From assembly GCA_023251915.1 (NCBI GenBank), contig JAHEXW010000004.1, forward strand, positions 26,733 to 90,732: DNA of 64,000 nucleotides. Reading direction: 5' to 3'. Below the pieces are notes generated by a model that worked only from the letters and a program-made list of their open reading frames with translations, did not search any database and had not been told where the DNA came from. The translations under genes were made by a program, and so were the position numbers. Of the stretch, positions 47,070-57,116 are shown one piece after another (positions within the stretch are counted from its first letter, which is position 1; the number at the start of each line of letters is the position of its first letter). The stretch comes from Actinomycetes bacterium (GTDB taxonomy: Bacteria; Actinomycetota; JAHEXW01).

Positions 47070-47144
47070 GGGGGTGTAGCTCAGCGGGAGAGCGCTGCCT
47101 TTGCAAGGCAGATGTCGGGGGTTCGATTCCCCCCACCTCCACCA
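47070..47144 (+). tRNA. tRNA-Ala (anticodon TGC), CCA encoded
   Basis: GGGGGTGTAGCTCAG...CTTTGCAAG...GGTTCGATTCC...CACCTCCACCA. Carries the Ala-identity G3:U70 pair. TATAAT at 47054-47059 is 10 nt upstream. Confidence 0.9.
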
Positions 47145-47299
47145 TCCTTCGCTGATGAACTCCGGCTTCCGCCTCCGTTCTCTCGGACGCTACGAATGGC
47201 AGGCCATCATTTGTCCAATTGCGAAGAATGTCCTGCGTAGCTCCTTAATGCCGGAGCTTCAGCGGAGGCTAGTGATAGCGAAGTAGGACATAACGTGAC

Positions 47300-47974
47300 T
47301 TAATCCAGCAGCCGTTCGAGGCCGTCAAGAATGATGTTTAGCCCGAATTCGAAATCGGCGCTCTCATCATAGCCGGCGGTCATCGCATAATCGACGACCA
47401 TTTCCCTAAGGAACGGATACTCATCCGCCGGTATTGCTTTTAAGAACAACTCCGCGATTTCTTCGGGCTTCATATCGCCGTCGACAGACATGTTGAGCTG
47501 CTGCCGGCCGAAGCCGTAAATATAGCTGTCGAGGAGCGAAAACGCGCGCGCGGCCACCTCTAAGGTAAACCCCGCTTGCCGGAGCGTTCCCAATACCCAA
47601 TCAAAGTAGTGAAGCCGCGCCGGTCCGCTGCTCTCGCGCGAGTCGATGAGACCGCTCGCCCACGGGTGGCGAGAGAAGACCGACTGGGCCGAGACTGCCC
47701 TCCGGCGCATAGCCTCTTTCCAATCGACCGGGTCAGAAGGAAGGTCGATCTCGCTCACCACGATATCCATCATGCCGTCGAGTATGTCGTCCTTATTAGC
47801 TACATGGTTATATAGCGACATCGCTTCGACACCTAATCTCAGGCCGAGCTCCCGCATAGTGAGTGAATCGATGCCGTTCTCGTCGGCAAGCGATACGGCG
47901 GCTCTTAGCACCCGTTCCCTGGTGAGTGGTTCTCGGGACTTGGGACTTTGAGCGCGATTGGTCGGCACAGGCAT
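47300..47974 (-). CDS. TetR-family transcriptional regulator
   Basis: N-terminal HTH LTRERVLRAAVSLADENGIDSLTMRELGLRLGV. Confidence 0.85.
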   Translation of the reverse strand: MPVPTNRAQSPKSREPLTRERVLRAAVSLADENGIDSLTMRELGLRLGVEAMSLYNHVANKDDILDGMMDIVVSEIDLPSDPVDWKEAMRRRAVSAQSVFSRHPWASGLIDSRESSGPARLHYFDWVLGTLRQAGFTLEVAARAFSLLDSYIYGFGRQQLNMSVDGDMKPEEIAELFLKAIPADEYPFLREMVVDYAMTAGYDESADFEFGLNIILDGLERLLD

Positions 47975-48037
47975 TTTCTCCTTCTAGATACTTGACAGAC
48001 TTACAACGTAAGTTTATCATACTTACATGATAAGTAT

Positions 48038-48778
48038 ATGGCATACATGTCCGCGCGGGAAGCGCAACATGTCCAAGCAAAGGAGGAGACCAAAGTGAAT
48101 TCATTTGCCAGTGGAAGTTCGCGGCAGCGGCAGGTTGGAGGTCTTGCGGCGTTATATCTAGCAGCGGCTTATTTGGTGGCGATGCCGTACTTCATTATAT
48201 TCGTGAAGTACCGCGACGTTGTGGATCCCTTTAAGAAGGTGGCATTGCTTGTGGCTAATCATAACAGCATGCGGGCCATGTATCTGATCACATACGTCGT
48301 TTTCGGTATCGTCTTGGCCATGTTGGCGCTGGCGCTTTACGCGCGTCTTAAGGATGATGCCCCGATATTGGCCCAAGCGGCAACGGTCACGGGGCTCATA
48401 TGGGCCGTCGTGCTTGTCGCTAGCGGGATGATCTTCAATGCCGGTGTAGCGGCGGTCGTTGGACTACAGGCCACAAGTCCGGGTCAGGCCGTTGCTGCCT
48501 GGCAAGCAATCGAGCCGGTGGCTGAAGGCCTTGGGGGTTCGGGCGGCGAGCTTCTCGGCGGCCTGTGGGTAATGCTTGTGAGCCTGGCCGCGCTACGCAC
48601 CGGGAGGCAGCCCAAGGCGTTGAACTGGCTTGGAGTGGCTATCGGCGCCGCAGGCGTCCTATCGGTCGTGCCGCCGTTAAAGGATTTAGCCTTTGGCTTT
48701 GGGTTATTGCAGATCGCGTGGTTCATTTGGCTGGGCATTATCATGCTGCGCCGCCCTAAGGCGCTACCTTCAGAGTGA
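48038..48778 (+). CDS. DUF4386-like membrane protein (divergent from TetR)
   Basis: 6 TM; this family is typically paired with a TetR gene. Confidence 0.5.
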   Translation: MAYMSAREAQHVQAKEETKVNSFASGSSRQRQVGGLAALYLAAAYLVAMPYFIIFVKYRDVVDPFKKVALLVANHNSMRAMYLITYVVFGIVLAMLALALYARLKDDAPILAQAATVTGLIWAVVLVASGMIFNAGVAAVVGLQATSPGQAVAAWQAIEPVAEGLGGSGGELLGGLWVMLVSLAALRTGRQPKALNWLGVAIGAAGVLSVVPPLKDLAFGFGLLQIAWFIWLGIIMLRRPKALPSE

Positions 48779-50582
48779 CGGTTGTGCCTTGGTCAACCTT
48801 TGTCCCAGCGGACACGCTTTGGCTCCAGACGTATCCGGAGACGATACCTGGTTTTGCCTGAGACACCAGTGTGGCGACTAAACCGCGGTCTTGGAGCCAA
48901 GTCTGCGCAGCCGCTCCGGTCATGCCCTCGGCCACAAAGTCGATCAAAGTGACCGATTTAGGGCCCTTGCTGACGGTTATCGTAACGGTCGAGCCTTTCT
49001 TGGCTTTGGCTCCGGCCGCCGGCGTTTGCTTGATTACGTGATCTTTGGCAATCGTATCGCTAAAATCGTCAAAGCGGTCGACCTTGAATCCGGCGTCCGT
49101 CAAGATGCTGGTCGCTGCGTCCACGGTGTTGTTTACGACATCCGGAACGTCTACGCTCTCGATGCCTTTACTGACGACAATATCGACGCTGCCGCCTTTG
49201 GCCATCTTGGCGCCGGGCTTCGGTGACTGGCTAATGATCTGGCCTTCGGCGACGGTGTCGCTGTATCCTTCCGAGACGTTGCCCAAGGTTAGGCCGGCTT
49301 TCTTTAACAAGGCTTCAGCTTCACTTTGAGTTTTGCCGGTCATGTCGGGCGCGTTGACCGTCTCTAGGCCCTTGCTCATGACGACGGTAATGGTATAGCC
49401 CTTCTTTGTCTTTTCGCCGGCTGTCGGGGTTTGGCTGACCACCCGTCCCGGGGCGACGTTATCATTGAAGACCTCTCGCTCAACCTTCAGCTTCAGTCCG
49501 GCGGCCTTCGCCGCGCTTTGCGCCTGGCTAAGAGTCTTGCCTTTTAAGTCCGGAACGACGACTGACGGTCCGTTGAGCAGGGTATAGGCCAATGCGGCTC
49601 CCCCAAGGAGCAACAAGACGGCGCCCGCGATTATTGCGGCGATCAGACCTTTTTTGGGCTTGCGCTCTGTCCGTGCCGCGGGCCGCGGTCGCTGGGCCGC
49701 CATCGTTCGGGTCATATCGGAAGAATCGCCGGCGATTGGGACGGTGCCCATGATTTTGACAGGCAGGCCTTCAATCACGCGCTTGAGATCGTCCCGCAAC
49801 GCCTCGGCCGACCGGTAGCGGTCGGCGGGATTCTTCGCCATCGCCTTTAGGATCACTGCCTCCAGACTTTCCGGCACCGCGGCGAACACATGACGCGGCG
49901 GCAGCGGCGTATCGTTGATGTGCTTTAGAGCTACCGCGACCGGGTTCTCACCGCGGAACGGAAGCTCGCCCGTGGCCATCTCGTAAATAACAACACCCAA
50001 AGAATAGATGTCCGTTGTTGGGTCGATAACACTGCCTTGCGCCTGTTCGGGGGATATATAGTGGGCGGTTCCCAGAATGGCGCCGGTACGGGTCATAGTG
50101 GAAGTCGAGCCGGCTCTGGCGATACCGAAATCGGTTACCTTGATCTCGCCTGTTTCCGTGATGATCACGTTTTGCGGCTTAATGTCGCGATGGATGATCT
50201 CATGCTGGTGGGCGAATTCCATCGCCTTAGCGATCTGCATCGCGATATGAACGACCTTCTCGGTCGATAAGGGCGCGTCTTTCTGGATGAGTTTCTTCAG
50301 CGTCACGCCCTTGACGTATTCCATAACGATAAAGTAGACGCCGTCTTCCTGCCCGACGTCGTAGATGCTGACAATGTTGGGATGATTCAGCTTGGCGGCC
50401 GCGCGGGCTTCGCGCCGAAAACGCTCCAGGAAGCCTTCGTCGGTGGCAAACTGCTTATGTAGTATCTTAAGCGCGACGATTCGCCCCAGCTCGAGATCCT
50501 CGGCCCTGTAGACGTCGGCCATGCCGCCGCCGCCGATTTTCTCGATAACTCTATAGCGTTTATTGAATACCGCTTCGTTCAA
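48756..50582 (-). CDS. pknB: Ser/Thr protein kinase with four PASTA domains
   Basis: Kinase subdomains (GGGGMADVY, HRDIKPQN, DFGIA, SPEQ), one TM, and four repeated approximately 65-aa PASTA units. Confidence 0.9.
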   Translation of the reverse strand: MNEAVFNKRYRVIEKIGGGGMADVYRAEDLELGRIVALKILHKQFATDEGFLERFRREARAAAKLNHPNIVSIYDVGQEDGVYFIVMEYVKGVTLKKLIQKDAPLSTEKVVHIAMQIAKAMEFAHQHEIIHRDIKPQNVIITETGEIKVTDFGIARAGSTSTMTRTGAILGTAHYISPEQAQGSVIDPTTDIYSLGVVIYEMATGELPFRGENPVAVALKHINDTPLPPRHVFAAVPESLEAVILKAMAKNPADRYRSAEALRDDLKRVIEGLPVKIMGTVPIAGDSSDMTRTMAAQRPRPAARTERKPKKGLIAAIIAGAVLLLLGGAALAYTLLNGPSVVVPDLKGKTLSQAQSAAKAAGLKLKVEREVFNDNVAPGRVVSQTPTAGEKTKKGYTITVVMSKGLETVNAPDMTGKTQSEAEALLKKAGLTLGNVSEGYSDTVAEGQIISQSPKPGAKMAKGGSVDIVVSKGIESVDVPDVVNNTVDAATSILTDAGFKVDRFDDFSDTIAKDHVIKQTPAAGAKAKKGSTVTITVSKGPKSVTLIDFVAEGMTGAAAQTWLQDRGLVATLVSQAKPGIVSGYVWSQSVSAGTKVDQGTTVTLKVAP

Positions 50583-50620
50583 AAATCCTCCCTTGTGTCA
50601 CGAGTAGTATATACGTGGAG

Positions 50621-52021
50621 CTAGGGGCTTTTCAAAGCCTCATCCAAGAGCGCCCGGACGATCGGTCCGGCTGAGCCTGACCCCGTACCTCCGTTCTCAA
50701 CAATAACAGCAATCGCAATCTGCGGATTGTCCGCCGGGGCGAATGCGACAAACCAACCATGAGTCTGGCCGGGAATCCCTGTTTCAGCGGTGCCTGTCTT
50801 TGAGGCGACTCTTATGCCGGGTATGTTGACTACACTGCCGAAGCCTTCTTGGGTCACGCCCACCATCATATCGGTCAGGGTAGCCGCGGCCGGGGCCGAT
50901 ATCGCTTGCTCCCGCTCGCTGGTACCGGCGGTGCGGACTACCATGCCTTTAGCATCCTTGATCAGGCTGACTACATAAGGATTCATTGAGACACCGTCAT
51001 TCGCAATCGCGGCGGTAGCCAAGGCCATCTCAAACGGATTGGTAACCGTTTTGGCTTGACCGATAGCCGTCCAGGCGACGTCAACCTCGTCCATCGCGCT
51101 GGGACGTTTGACCCGGCTGATCTTAACCGGTATGTCAAAAGGGATCTCAGTATTGAAACCGAACTTGGAGGCGTATTGGAACAGCCGGTTTGCGCCGAGC
51201 TTCAAGCCGACTTGAGCGAAGACCGTGTTCACCGAAAACTCAAGGGCCTCCTTGAATGTGACCCGCCCGAACACCCGGTCGTTGAGGTTTTTTACCGTCG
51301 TTCCCATTACCTCCAGCGAGCCCGTGTCGTCAAAGGTGTCGGTCGGGCGGTAGATTCCTTCTTCCAACGCGGCGCCGGCTGTGATGATTTTGAACGTCGA
51401 ACCGGGCGCATAGGCGCCTTCGGTCGCGCGATTTACCAGGGGCGCATTGGCGTCTGCCGTGATAACCGTCCACGACGAATCGACCTCGTTGAGATCGAAC
51501 GACGGCGACGAAGCCATGGCCAACACCGCGCCGGTTTTGGGATCCAAGGCCACCACAGCGCCTTTTTGCCCAGCCAGCCCTGCCTCGGCGACTTTCTGCA
51601 GGCGAGTATCGAGGGTCAACGTTAGACTGCCGCCGCGCTTCTCGGGCCGTTTGAATTTCCGTGTCAGGTCCGTGATGAACCCGGCGCTGTCCGTACCTAG
51701 CAGGTAATCGTCATATGTCTTCTCCAGACCGCTGTTGTGGTAGCGATAACTGGAATAGCCGATAAGCTGCGCTGCCATCGCGCCTTGCGGATACTGTCGC
51801 TCGTAGTGATTGCCGACCTTGCGGCTGGTTGCTAAGACAATCCCGTCGGCGCTGGTGATTTGACCTCGCTCTGTCGTCCGCGCGGTTTCCGCGGCGCGAG
51901 TGTTAGCCGGGTTGGAGGCCAAATCCTTGCCCTGGAAAAGAACGATATAAGAGACATTCAATACGAGAAGCGCAAACATACCCAAAAAGACGAGTGTGAT
52001 GACGCGTATTTGCCGGTTCAT
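50621..52021 (-). CDS. pbpA: penicillin-binding protein 2-like transpeptidase
   Basis: STFK (PGSTFKII), SVN and KTGTA motifs. Confidence 0.85.
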   Translation of the reverse strand: MNRQIRVITLVFLGMFALLVLNVSYIVLFQGKDLASNPANTRAAETARTTERGQITSADGIVLATSRKVGNHYERQYPQGAMAAQLIGYSSYRYHNSGLEKTYDDYLLGTDSAGFITDLTRKFKRPEKRGGSLTLTLDTRLQKVAEAGLAGQKGAVVALDPKTGAVLAMASSPSFDLNEVDSSWTVITADANAPLVNRATEGAYAPGSTFKIITAGAALEEGIYRPTDTFDDTGSLEVMGTTVKNLNDRVFGRVTFKEALEFSVNTVFAQVGLKLGANRLFQYASKFGFNTEIPFDIPVKISRVKRPSAMDEVDVAWTAIGQAKTVTNPFEMALATAAIANDGVSMNPYVVSLIKDAKGMVVRTAGTSEREQAISAPAAATLTDMMVGVTQEGFGSVVNIPGIRVASKTGTAETGIPGQTHGWFVAFAPADNPQIAIAVIVENGGTGSGSAGPIVRALLDEALKSP

Positions 52022-53322
52022 TTAATCTCGCTCGCTTCTTCGATGGATTGATTGGAGACTTTCAACAATAATCCGAGCAGGATAAAGTTGGACAAAATCG
52101 AACTGCCGCCGTAGCTCAAGAACGGCAGCGTTATGCCGGTCAGCGGGACCAACCGGGTGACGCCTCCGATAATGACAAACGTTTGAATGGCAAAAACAGC
52201 CGTGAGGCCAACGGCCAAGAGTTTGCCGAAGTCGTCGGCCGTCTTGTTGGCGATGTTCAGCCCGCGGCCTACAAACGCGAGGTAGATTGTAATAACCGCG
52301 ATGACGCCAACGAGCCCGATCTCCTCTCCAAAGGCGCTGAAGATAAAATCCGTCGTAACAACAGGAATTAGAGTCGGATAGCCACGTCCCAAGCCGGCGC
52401 CCCAGATACCTCCGCTCCCCAGTGCGAACAATGACTGCACCAGCTGGTAGCTCTTGCCGGCCGGGTCGGACCAGGGATTGAGCCAGATTTGAATGCGGGT
52501 CGCGACGTGGCTGAAGGCCCGGGCCGCAAACGTTGCGCCGCCGACGAACAAGACGCTGCCGATGGCGACGTACAATCCCCGGTTGGTCGCGACATATAGC
52601 ATGACGAGGAATAGGCCGAAGAAGAGCAAGCTGGCTCCGATGTCTTTCTGGATTACCAACAGACCGAGCGAAACGAGCCAAAACAGAAGCATCGGGCCGA
52701 GGTGTTTAGGGTCGGGAACACTGACGCGGCCGATCTTGCGGGTGAAGACACTCAAGAGTTCGCGCTTCTCGCTCAGATAGGCGGCGAAAAAGATGACAAT
52801 CAAAATCTTGGCAATTTCGGAGGGCTGGAAACTGAACGGGCCGAGGTTCCACCACAGATTGGGCTCCAGGAAGCCGGCGCCGAAGCGTATCGTTGAAAAC
52901 AAGAGTACTAAACCGGTCAGTCCGAGCAGATACTTATAGTTGGCCAATGAGCGATAGTTCTTAAAGCGTGCGACCAGTACGATAAGGATGATGTTGCCGA
53001 CCGCCACCCAGGCGAGTTGGCGCCATGCCAGAGTCAGGTCGAGGCGGTAGATCATCGTCAGGCTCAACCCGGTCAACAGGGCCGCGAGCGGCAGCAGCAG
53101 CGGGTCGGCATGGGGCGCAAAAACGCGCAAGGCAAGATGCGAGGCGAGGTACAACAACGTGTAAATGAGGGCCGCAGCGATAATTACCGTGGCGCCCAAG
53201 CGCGGCGCTGAAACTTGCGTTGCCGCCAGGGCCGCACCGGCGAGCAAGAGCGCACCGGCAAGGAGCTTTAGTTCCCTGTTTCGTCGGGGCGATTTAATCA
53301 CCCGCGGGCTCCCTTGGTTCAA
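52018..53322 (-). CDS. rodA: SEDS-family peptidoglycan polymerase (RodA/FtsW)
   Basis: 10 TM; the conserved SEDS loop. Confidence 0.85.
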   Translation of the reverse strand: MNQGSPRVIKSPRRNRELKLLAGALLLAGAALAATQVSAPRLGATVIIAAALIYTLLYLASHLALRVFAPHADPLLLPLAALLTGLSLTMIYRLDLTLAWRQLAWVAVGNIILIVLVARFKNYRSLANYKYLLGLTGLVLLFSTIRFGAGFLEPNLWWNLGPFSFQPSEIAKILIVIFFAAYLSEKRELLSVFTRKIGRVSVPDPKHLGPMLLFWLVSLGLLVIQKDIGASLLFFGLFLVMLYVATNRGLYVAIGSVLFVGGATFAARAFSHVATRIQIWLNPWSDPAGKSYQLVQSLFALGSGGIWGAGLGRGYPTLIPVVTTDFIFSAFGEEIGLVGVIAVITIYLAFVGRGLNIANKTADDFGKLLAVGLTAVFAIQTFVIIGGVTRLVPLTGITLPFLSYGGSSILSNFILLGLLLKVSNQSIEEASEIK

Positions 53323-54025
53323 TCAAGATCAGCGTAATGTTATCTTCGCCGCCGGCATCCAGAGCCGCTTGCACGAGATTATCGGCGGCATCGTCTAAAT
53401 TAGCGGCATTGTTGATAATGTCCCGAATCACGTCCGGCTCAAGCTTGGCTGACAGGCCGTCAGAACAGAGCAGAATGATGTCGCCCGGCTTACCAGGCCA
53501 GCGGGAAACGTCGGCGGTCACAGTCGGGTATGTACCGAGCGCCCTGGTTATCACGTGCTTGAGCGGGTGAATCCGGGCCAACTCTTCGTCAATCTCGCCG
53601 CGGGCAATCATTTCTTGTACCAAGGTGTGGTCAACGGTCCATTGCGTAAGGTGGCCGTCGCGCAGCAGATAGGCCCGGCTGTCGCCCACCTGAGCCAGAA
53701 ACAGCTCGTCGCCGTCGATATAAGCGGCCGTAAGCGTTGTTCCCATGCCGGCATAGGCTCTTTTGCGCGCGGCTGCGGCGTGAACAGCGTCGTTCGCAGC
53801 TCCTACCGCGGCAACCAATGCGTCCGCGACGGCTTCACCTGGCGTTTCTTCAGGGGGCGGACCGAAAGCGGCGGCAAAAGTTTCCAGAGCCAAGGCGCTG
53901 GCGATTTCCCCGGCGTTGTGTCCGCCCATCCCGTCCGCGACGGCGAACAAACGGCCGTCCGCCAACCAAGAGTCCTCGTTTATTTCGCGCAGTTTCCCAA
54001 TATCAGAACGGGTCACGTATTTCAT
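53294..54025 (-). CDS. pstP: PP2C-family Ser/Thr phosphatase
   Basis: ADGMGGH..., DGDELFLAQVGDSRAYL, LCSDGL. Confidence 0.85.
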   Translation of the reverse strand: MKYVTRSDIGKLREINEDSWLADGRLFAVADGMGGHNAGEIASALALETFAAAFGPPPEETPGEAVADALVAAVGAANDAVHAAAARKRAYAGMGTTLTAAYIDGDELFLAQVGDSRAYLLRDGHLTQWTVDHTLVQEMIARGEIDEELARIHPLKHVITRALGTYPTVTADVSRWPGKPGDIILLCSDGLSAKLEPDVIRDIINNAANLDDAADNLVQAALDAGGEDNITLILIEPREPAGD

Positions 54026-54504
54026 TACATCTTCACCTGGAAAATCGTGTCCCCGATCTTGATCTTCAACCCGTTCTTTAGCCGCACCGGTTCGGTCACC
54101 CGGTCGTGCCCGATGAAAGTTCCATTAGTGCTGCCCAGATCCATCAACCACCATTCGTCCAACTTCTTTATGATGCGGCTGTGTTGATGGCTGACCAAAG
54201 GGTCGCGCAAAACGATTTCCGTCTCGGTCGAGCGCCCGATAGTCACGATGTCAGTCAGTGGATAAATGCGCCCCGGATTGACGAAATCGCTTTTGACCAC
54301 TTCTAACGCCGCGTTTTCCGCCGGACGCGCCCGGCGCTTTTGTTCCATCGCTTCGCGCGCCTCACTATACGGAACGGGACGCTCATAGATGTCGATATAG
54401 ATGGCCCTGACTACACGGCCCAGAAATACATACAGGAGGATAACAAACGCCAGGTTGATTAGAGTCACGTAGCCGGGCGCCACGCTAAAACCGCCGGAAG
54501 ACAA
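54025..54504 (-). CDS. fhaB: FHA-domain protein FhaB/FipA-like (N-terminal TM)
   Basis: C-terminal FHA (GR..E..I.L.D..VS..HA.I...). Confidence 0.8.
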   Translation of the reverse strand: MSSGGFSVAPGYVTLINLAFVILLYVFLGRVVRAIYIDIYERPVPYSEAREAMEQKRRARPAENAALEVVKSDFVNPGRIYPLTDIVTIGRSTETEIVLRDPLVSHQHSRIIKKLDEWWLMDLGSTNGTFIGHDRVTEPVRLKNGLKIKIGDTIFQVKM

Positions 54505-55165
54505 AAACGACTTCGCCGGCGCCGATCTTGTCGCCGTCTTTCAATTCGATCTCGGCGACGCGTTTTCCGTTGACGAATGTCCCGTTGGTGGCCCCAAGGT
54601 CGGAGAGGAAGAAGCGCCCGTCTCTCGCCGTGATTTCGGCGTGATGCCGGGAGAGACTGGGATCGGGCACAGGAACGTCGTTGGATGCCAGCCGTCCGAT
54701 GGTAGCGCGGCCCGGACCAAGCAAGAAAGTCTCGCCCTCTTCTTGACCGAGCAACATCGTCAACGACGCCAGCGCTTCGAGACCGTCTTGTTTGGCGGGC
54801 GTCACCAGGCGCGCGTCCACGTCGACCAAGCCCGCCGGTTGGTTCGCGTCTTCCGCTAAGATTATGACGGGCACGCCCAGCATTACATAGCCCTTTTCTT
54901 TCCGGCGCTTGTCCAAAAAGGTGGTCAGCTCGTTGATTAAGCGATCAGTGAAGTCGATCATAGCCGCCAGATCGGCAGGATTTAGCCGGGCAGTGTATTC
55001 GTTAGGTATGTAGATTTTCGAGACTCCGACCGTTCGGCCGGACTCCATTGCCCGGTCCAACTTCTTGGCAATTTCTATGGGCTGGACTCCGGACTTGAAA
55101 CCCTTGGCAAAAGCGCCCTCAACGGTCCGCTCTAGCTTGGCTTCCAGGTCTTTAAGTAGGCTCAC
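54485..55165 (-). CDS. fhaA: FhaA-like protein (DUF3662 plus FHA)
   Basis: N-terminal MSLLKDLEAKLERTVEGAF...; C-terminal FHA. Confidence 0.8.
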   Translation of the reverse strand: MSLLKDLEAKLERTVEGAFAKGFKSGVQPIEIAKKLDRAMESGRTVGVSKIYIPNEYTARLNPADLAAMIDFTDRLINELTTFLDKRRKEKGYVMLGVPVIILAEDANQPAGLVDVDARLVTPAKQDGLEALASLTMLLGQEEGETFLLGPGRATIGRLASNDVPVPDPSLSRHHAEITARDGRFFLSDLGATNGTFVNGKRVAEIELKDGDKIGAGEVVFVFRRF

Positions 55166-56952
55166 TCTTCGTCCTCGTCATCGTCGTCTTCGATTGCTGT
55201 CAGGCCGAAAGAACGGCGCGGCAACGCCGCCAGCAGGCCTACAGGTAGTATAAGTGAAGCCAGCCAGCTTTTCAGGAGCACATCTATATAAGCGGGGCTC
55301 CAGTGGACGGCTGTCATGATAGCCAGTTCGCCGACCAAAAGAAGGACAGCTCCCGCGGCTAAAGCCTTTGCGTCGCCCGACAGCGAACGCCGTTTCGAGA
55401 AGAAACTGACCAAGGCGGCCACAGCGGCCCATAAAAATGCCTGGGTAAGCAGGGCGGGAGCTCGCCCAAAGGGTCGGATGAATGTGGCTATGGCTGTCGC
55501 CGGGTTCAACGAGCCGGCAAGCTCATGTTTCAGCCCGAAGGTATTCGCGAGAGCGACAAAGTGAATTACGTTTGAGTTAAATAGATCAAATGTCACCACA
55601 GCCAGGCCGCCTAAGAATCCCAAGCCGGCGGCAACCAAGGGACTCCAAAACAACCCCGCGAAGAGAGGATAACTCAATCCGATGCCGGCGATGGAAGACA
55701 GAGGCGCCAGGAATGCGAATACCGTCTTGGCCGGTTTGGCCAGCCAAAACGACAGCATCCAGAGAAATATGATTATCATGACGATGACCGAGACAACAAG
55801 CGAATAGTCGGCGAGAGGCAGAAATAAGATTGCCAGGCCGGCGGCCAATCCGACGCGCGGAAACAACAGCGCCAGAGCCGCGTATGTGAACGGCAGAACC
55901 GCCTGTATCTCGCCGGCGTAGAATCCTGTTTTTGAGAGGAAGAAAGACAGGAATATCGTTCCGAAGATCGCGTTGGCGACACGTTCGACCGCGGATCGAT
56001 GTTTGGCTAGCCAACCGGCGACGGCTTCCTTGGCGTCGGAAAGAGCCCCGATAAATGGTCCCAAGGGTCCGTCATATTCGGTTACTTCGACCGGCAAGCC
56101 GGATGCGGCTAGCTTGTACAGCGGCTTTATGACTTTTCGGCTGGGCGCTTTGGCGTCTCTCATGCTCTCCAGGTAATGACGCAGAATCGTAACATCATCC
56201 AGCCGCTGGGTTCGCGTCTTCTCCAGCGTTCGCAAAATCAAGCTTTCCAGGTCGCGTGAGATGTGGGTGTTCAGTTCTGATGGCGGTTGGGGGTCTAGGT
56301 TGGTGATCTTAAAGACGATGCCCGCCGGGGTGGCGGAGCCGAACGGAGAGACGCCGGTCAGCATCTCGTACAAAACCACGCCTAAAGAAAAAACGTCGGT
56401 CCGGGCATCAACGCGCCCGCCTTTGGCCTGTTCCGGAGACATATATGCGAATGTTCCCAACACATCGCCGGCCGCCGTCATGGTCGACGAGGCCAGACGG
56501 GCGATGCCAAAGTCTGTTACTTTGACACTGCCGTCTTTGGTGATCATTATGTTTTCCGGCTTAATGTCACGGTGAACGATGTCCATCGCGTGCGCCGCTT
56601 CCAGCGCGTCGGCTATCTGGATCGCGATGTCCAAGCCTTCCTCGATTGCCAGCGGTGACTTCGCTGCCAGGACCTTAGATAGTGGTACGCCGTCGATATA
56701 TTCCATGATCAGGTAATAGTAGCGGTCGTCTTTTTCCAAATCGAATACCGTGACGACGTTGGGATGATTGAGCTGTCCGGCAGCCCTCGCCTCGGTTAAC
56801 GTGCGGTCTGAGGTCTTGGAAGAAAGGTCGATACGCTTGACCGCTACGGTACGGTTCATCAGAGTGTCTTCCGCCCGAAAAACCTCGCCGTAACCGCCTC
56901 GTCCGATGCTTTCTATGATGCGGTATCTGTCCAGGACCATTGCTTCTGTCAT
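55162..56952 (-). CDS. Ser/Thr protein kinase with C-terminal polytopic membrane domain (about 10 TM)
   Basis: Kinase subdomains I-XI in the first 270 aa. The last 300 aa are highly hydrophobic. Confidence 0.8.
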   Translation of the reverse strand: MTEAMVLDRYRIIESIGRGGYGEVFRAEDTLMNRTVAVKRIDLSSKTSDRTLTEARAAGQLNHPNVVTVFDLEKDDRYYYLIMEYIDGVPLSKVLAAKSPLAIEEGLDIAIQIADALEAAHAMDIVHRDIKPENIMITKDGSVKVTDFGIARLASSTMTAAGDVLGTFAYMSPEQAKGGRVDARTDVFSLGVVLYEMLTGVSPFGSATPAGIVFKITNLDPQPPSELNTHISRDLESLILRTLEKTRTQRLDDVTILRHYLESMRDAKAPSRKVIKPLYKLAASGLPVEVTEYDGPLGPFIGALSDAKEAVAGWLAKHRSAVERVANAIFGTIFLSFFLSKTGFYAGEIQAVLPFTYAALALLFPRVGLAAGLAILFLPLADYSLVVSVIVMIIIFLWMLSFWLAKPAKTVFAFLAPLSSIAGIGLSYPLFAGLFWSPLVAAGLGFLGGLAVVTFDLFNSNVIHFVALANTFGLKHELAGSLNPATAIATFIRPFGRAPALLTQAFLWAAVAALVSFFSKRRSLSGDAKALAAGAVLLLVGELAIMTAVHWSPAYIDVLLKSWLASLILPVGLLAALPRRSFGLTAIEDDDDEDEE

Positions 56953-57009
56953 AGGTCAAGGGTATCAGCCGGTATGTTATAATACAAATCGTTCCAAACG
57001 CGAACGAAC

Positions 57010-57096
57010 GCCCCCGTGGCGGAATTGGTAGACGCGCTACGTTCAGGGCGTAGTAGCCGTAGGGCTGTGCTGGTTCAAATCCAGTCGGGGGCACCA
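57010..57096 (+). tRNA. tRNA-Leu (anticodon CAG), long variable arm, CCA encoded
   Basis: GCCCCCGTGGCGGAATTGGTAGACGCG CTACG-TTCAGGG-CGTAG ... GGTTCAAATCC ... CGGGGGCACCA. Confidence 0.9.
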
Positions 57097-57116
57097 TCCA
57101 ACTGACAAGGAGTCTC

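Noticed and set aside
47101-47286. 61-aa ORF 47101..47286 downstream of tRNA-Ala
   Set aside because: It starts inside the tRNA gene and has an Arg/Ser-rich translation. Judged non-coding.
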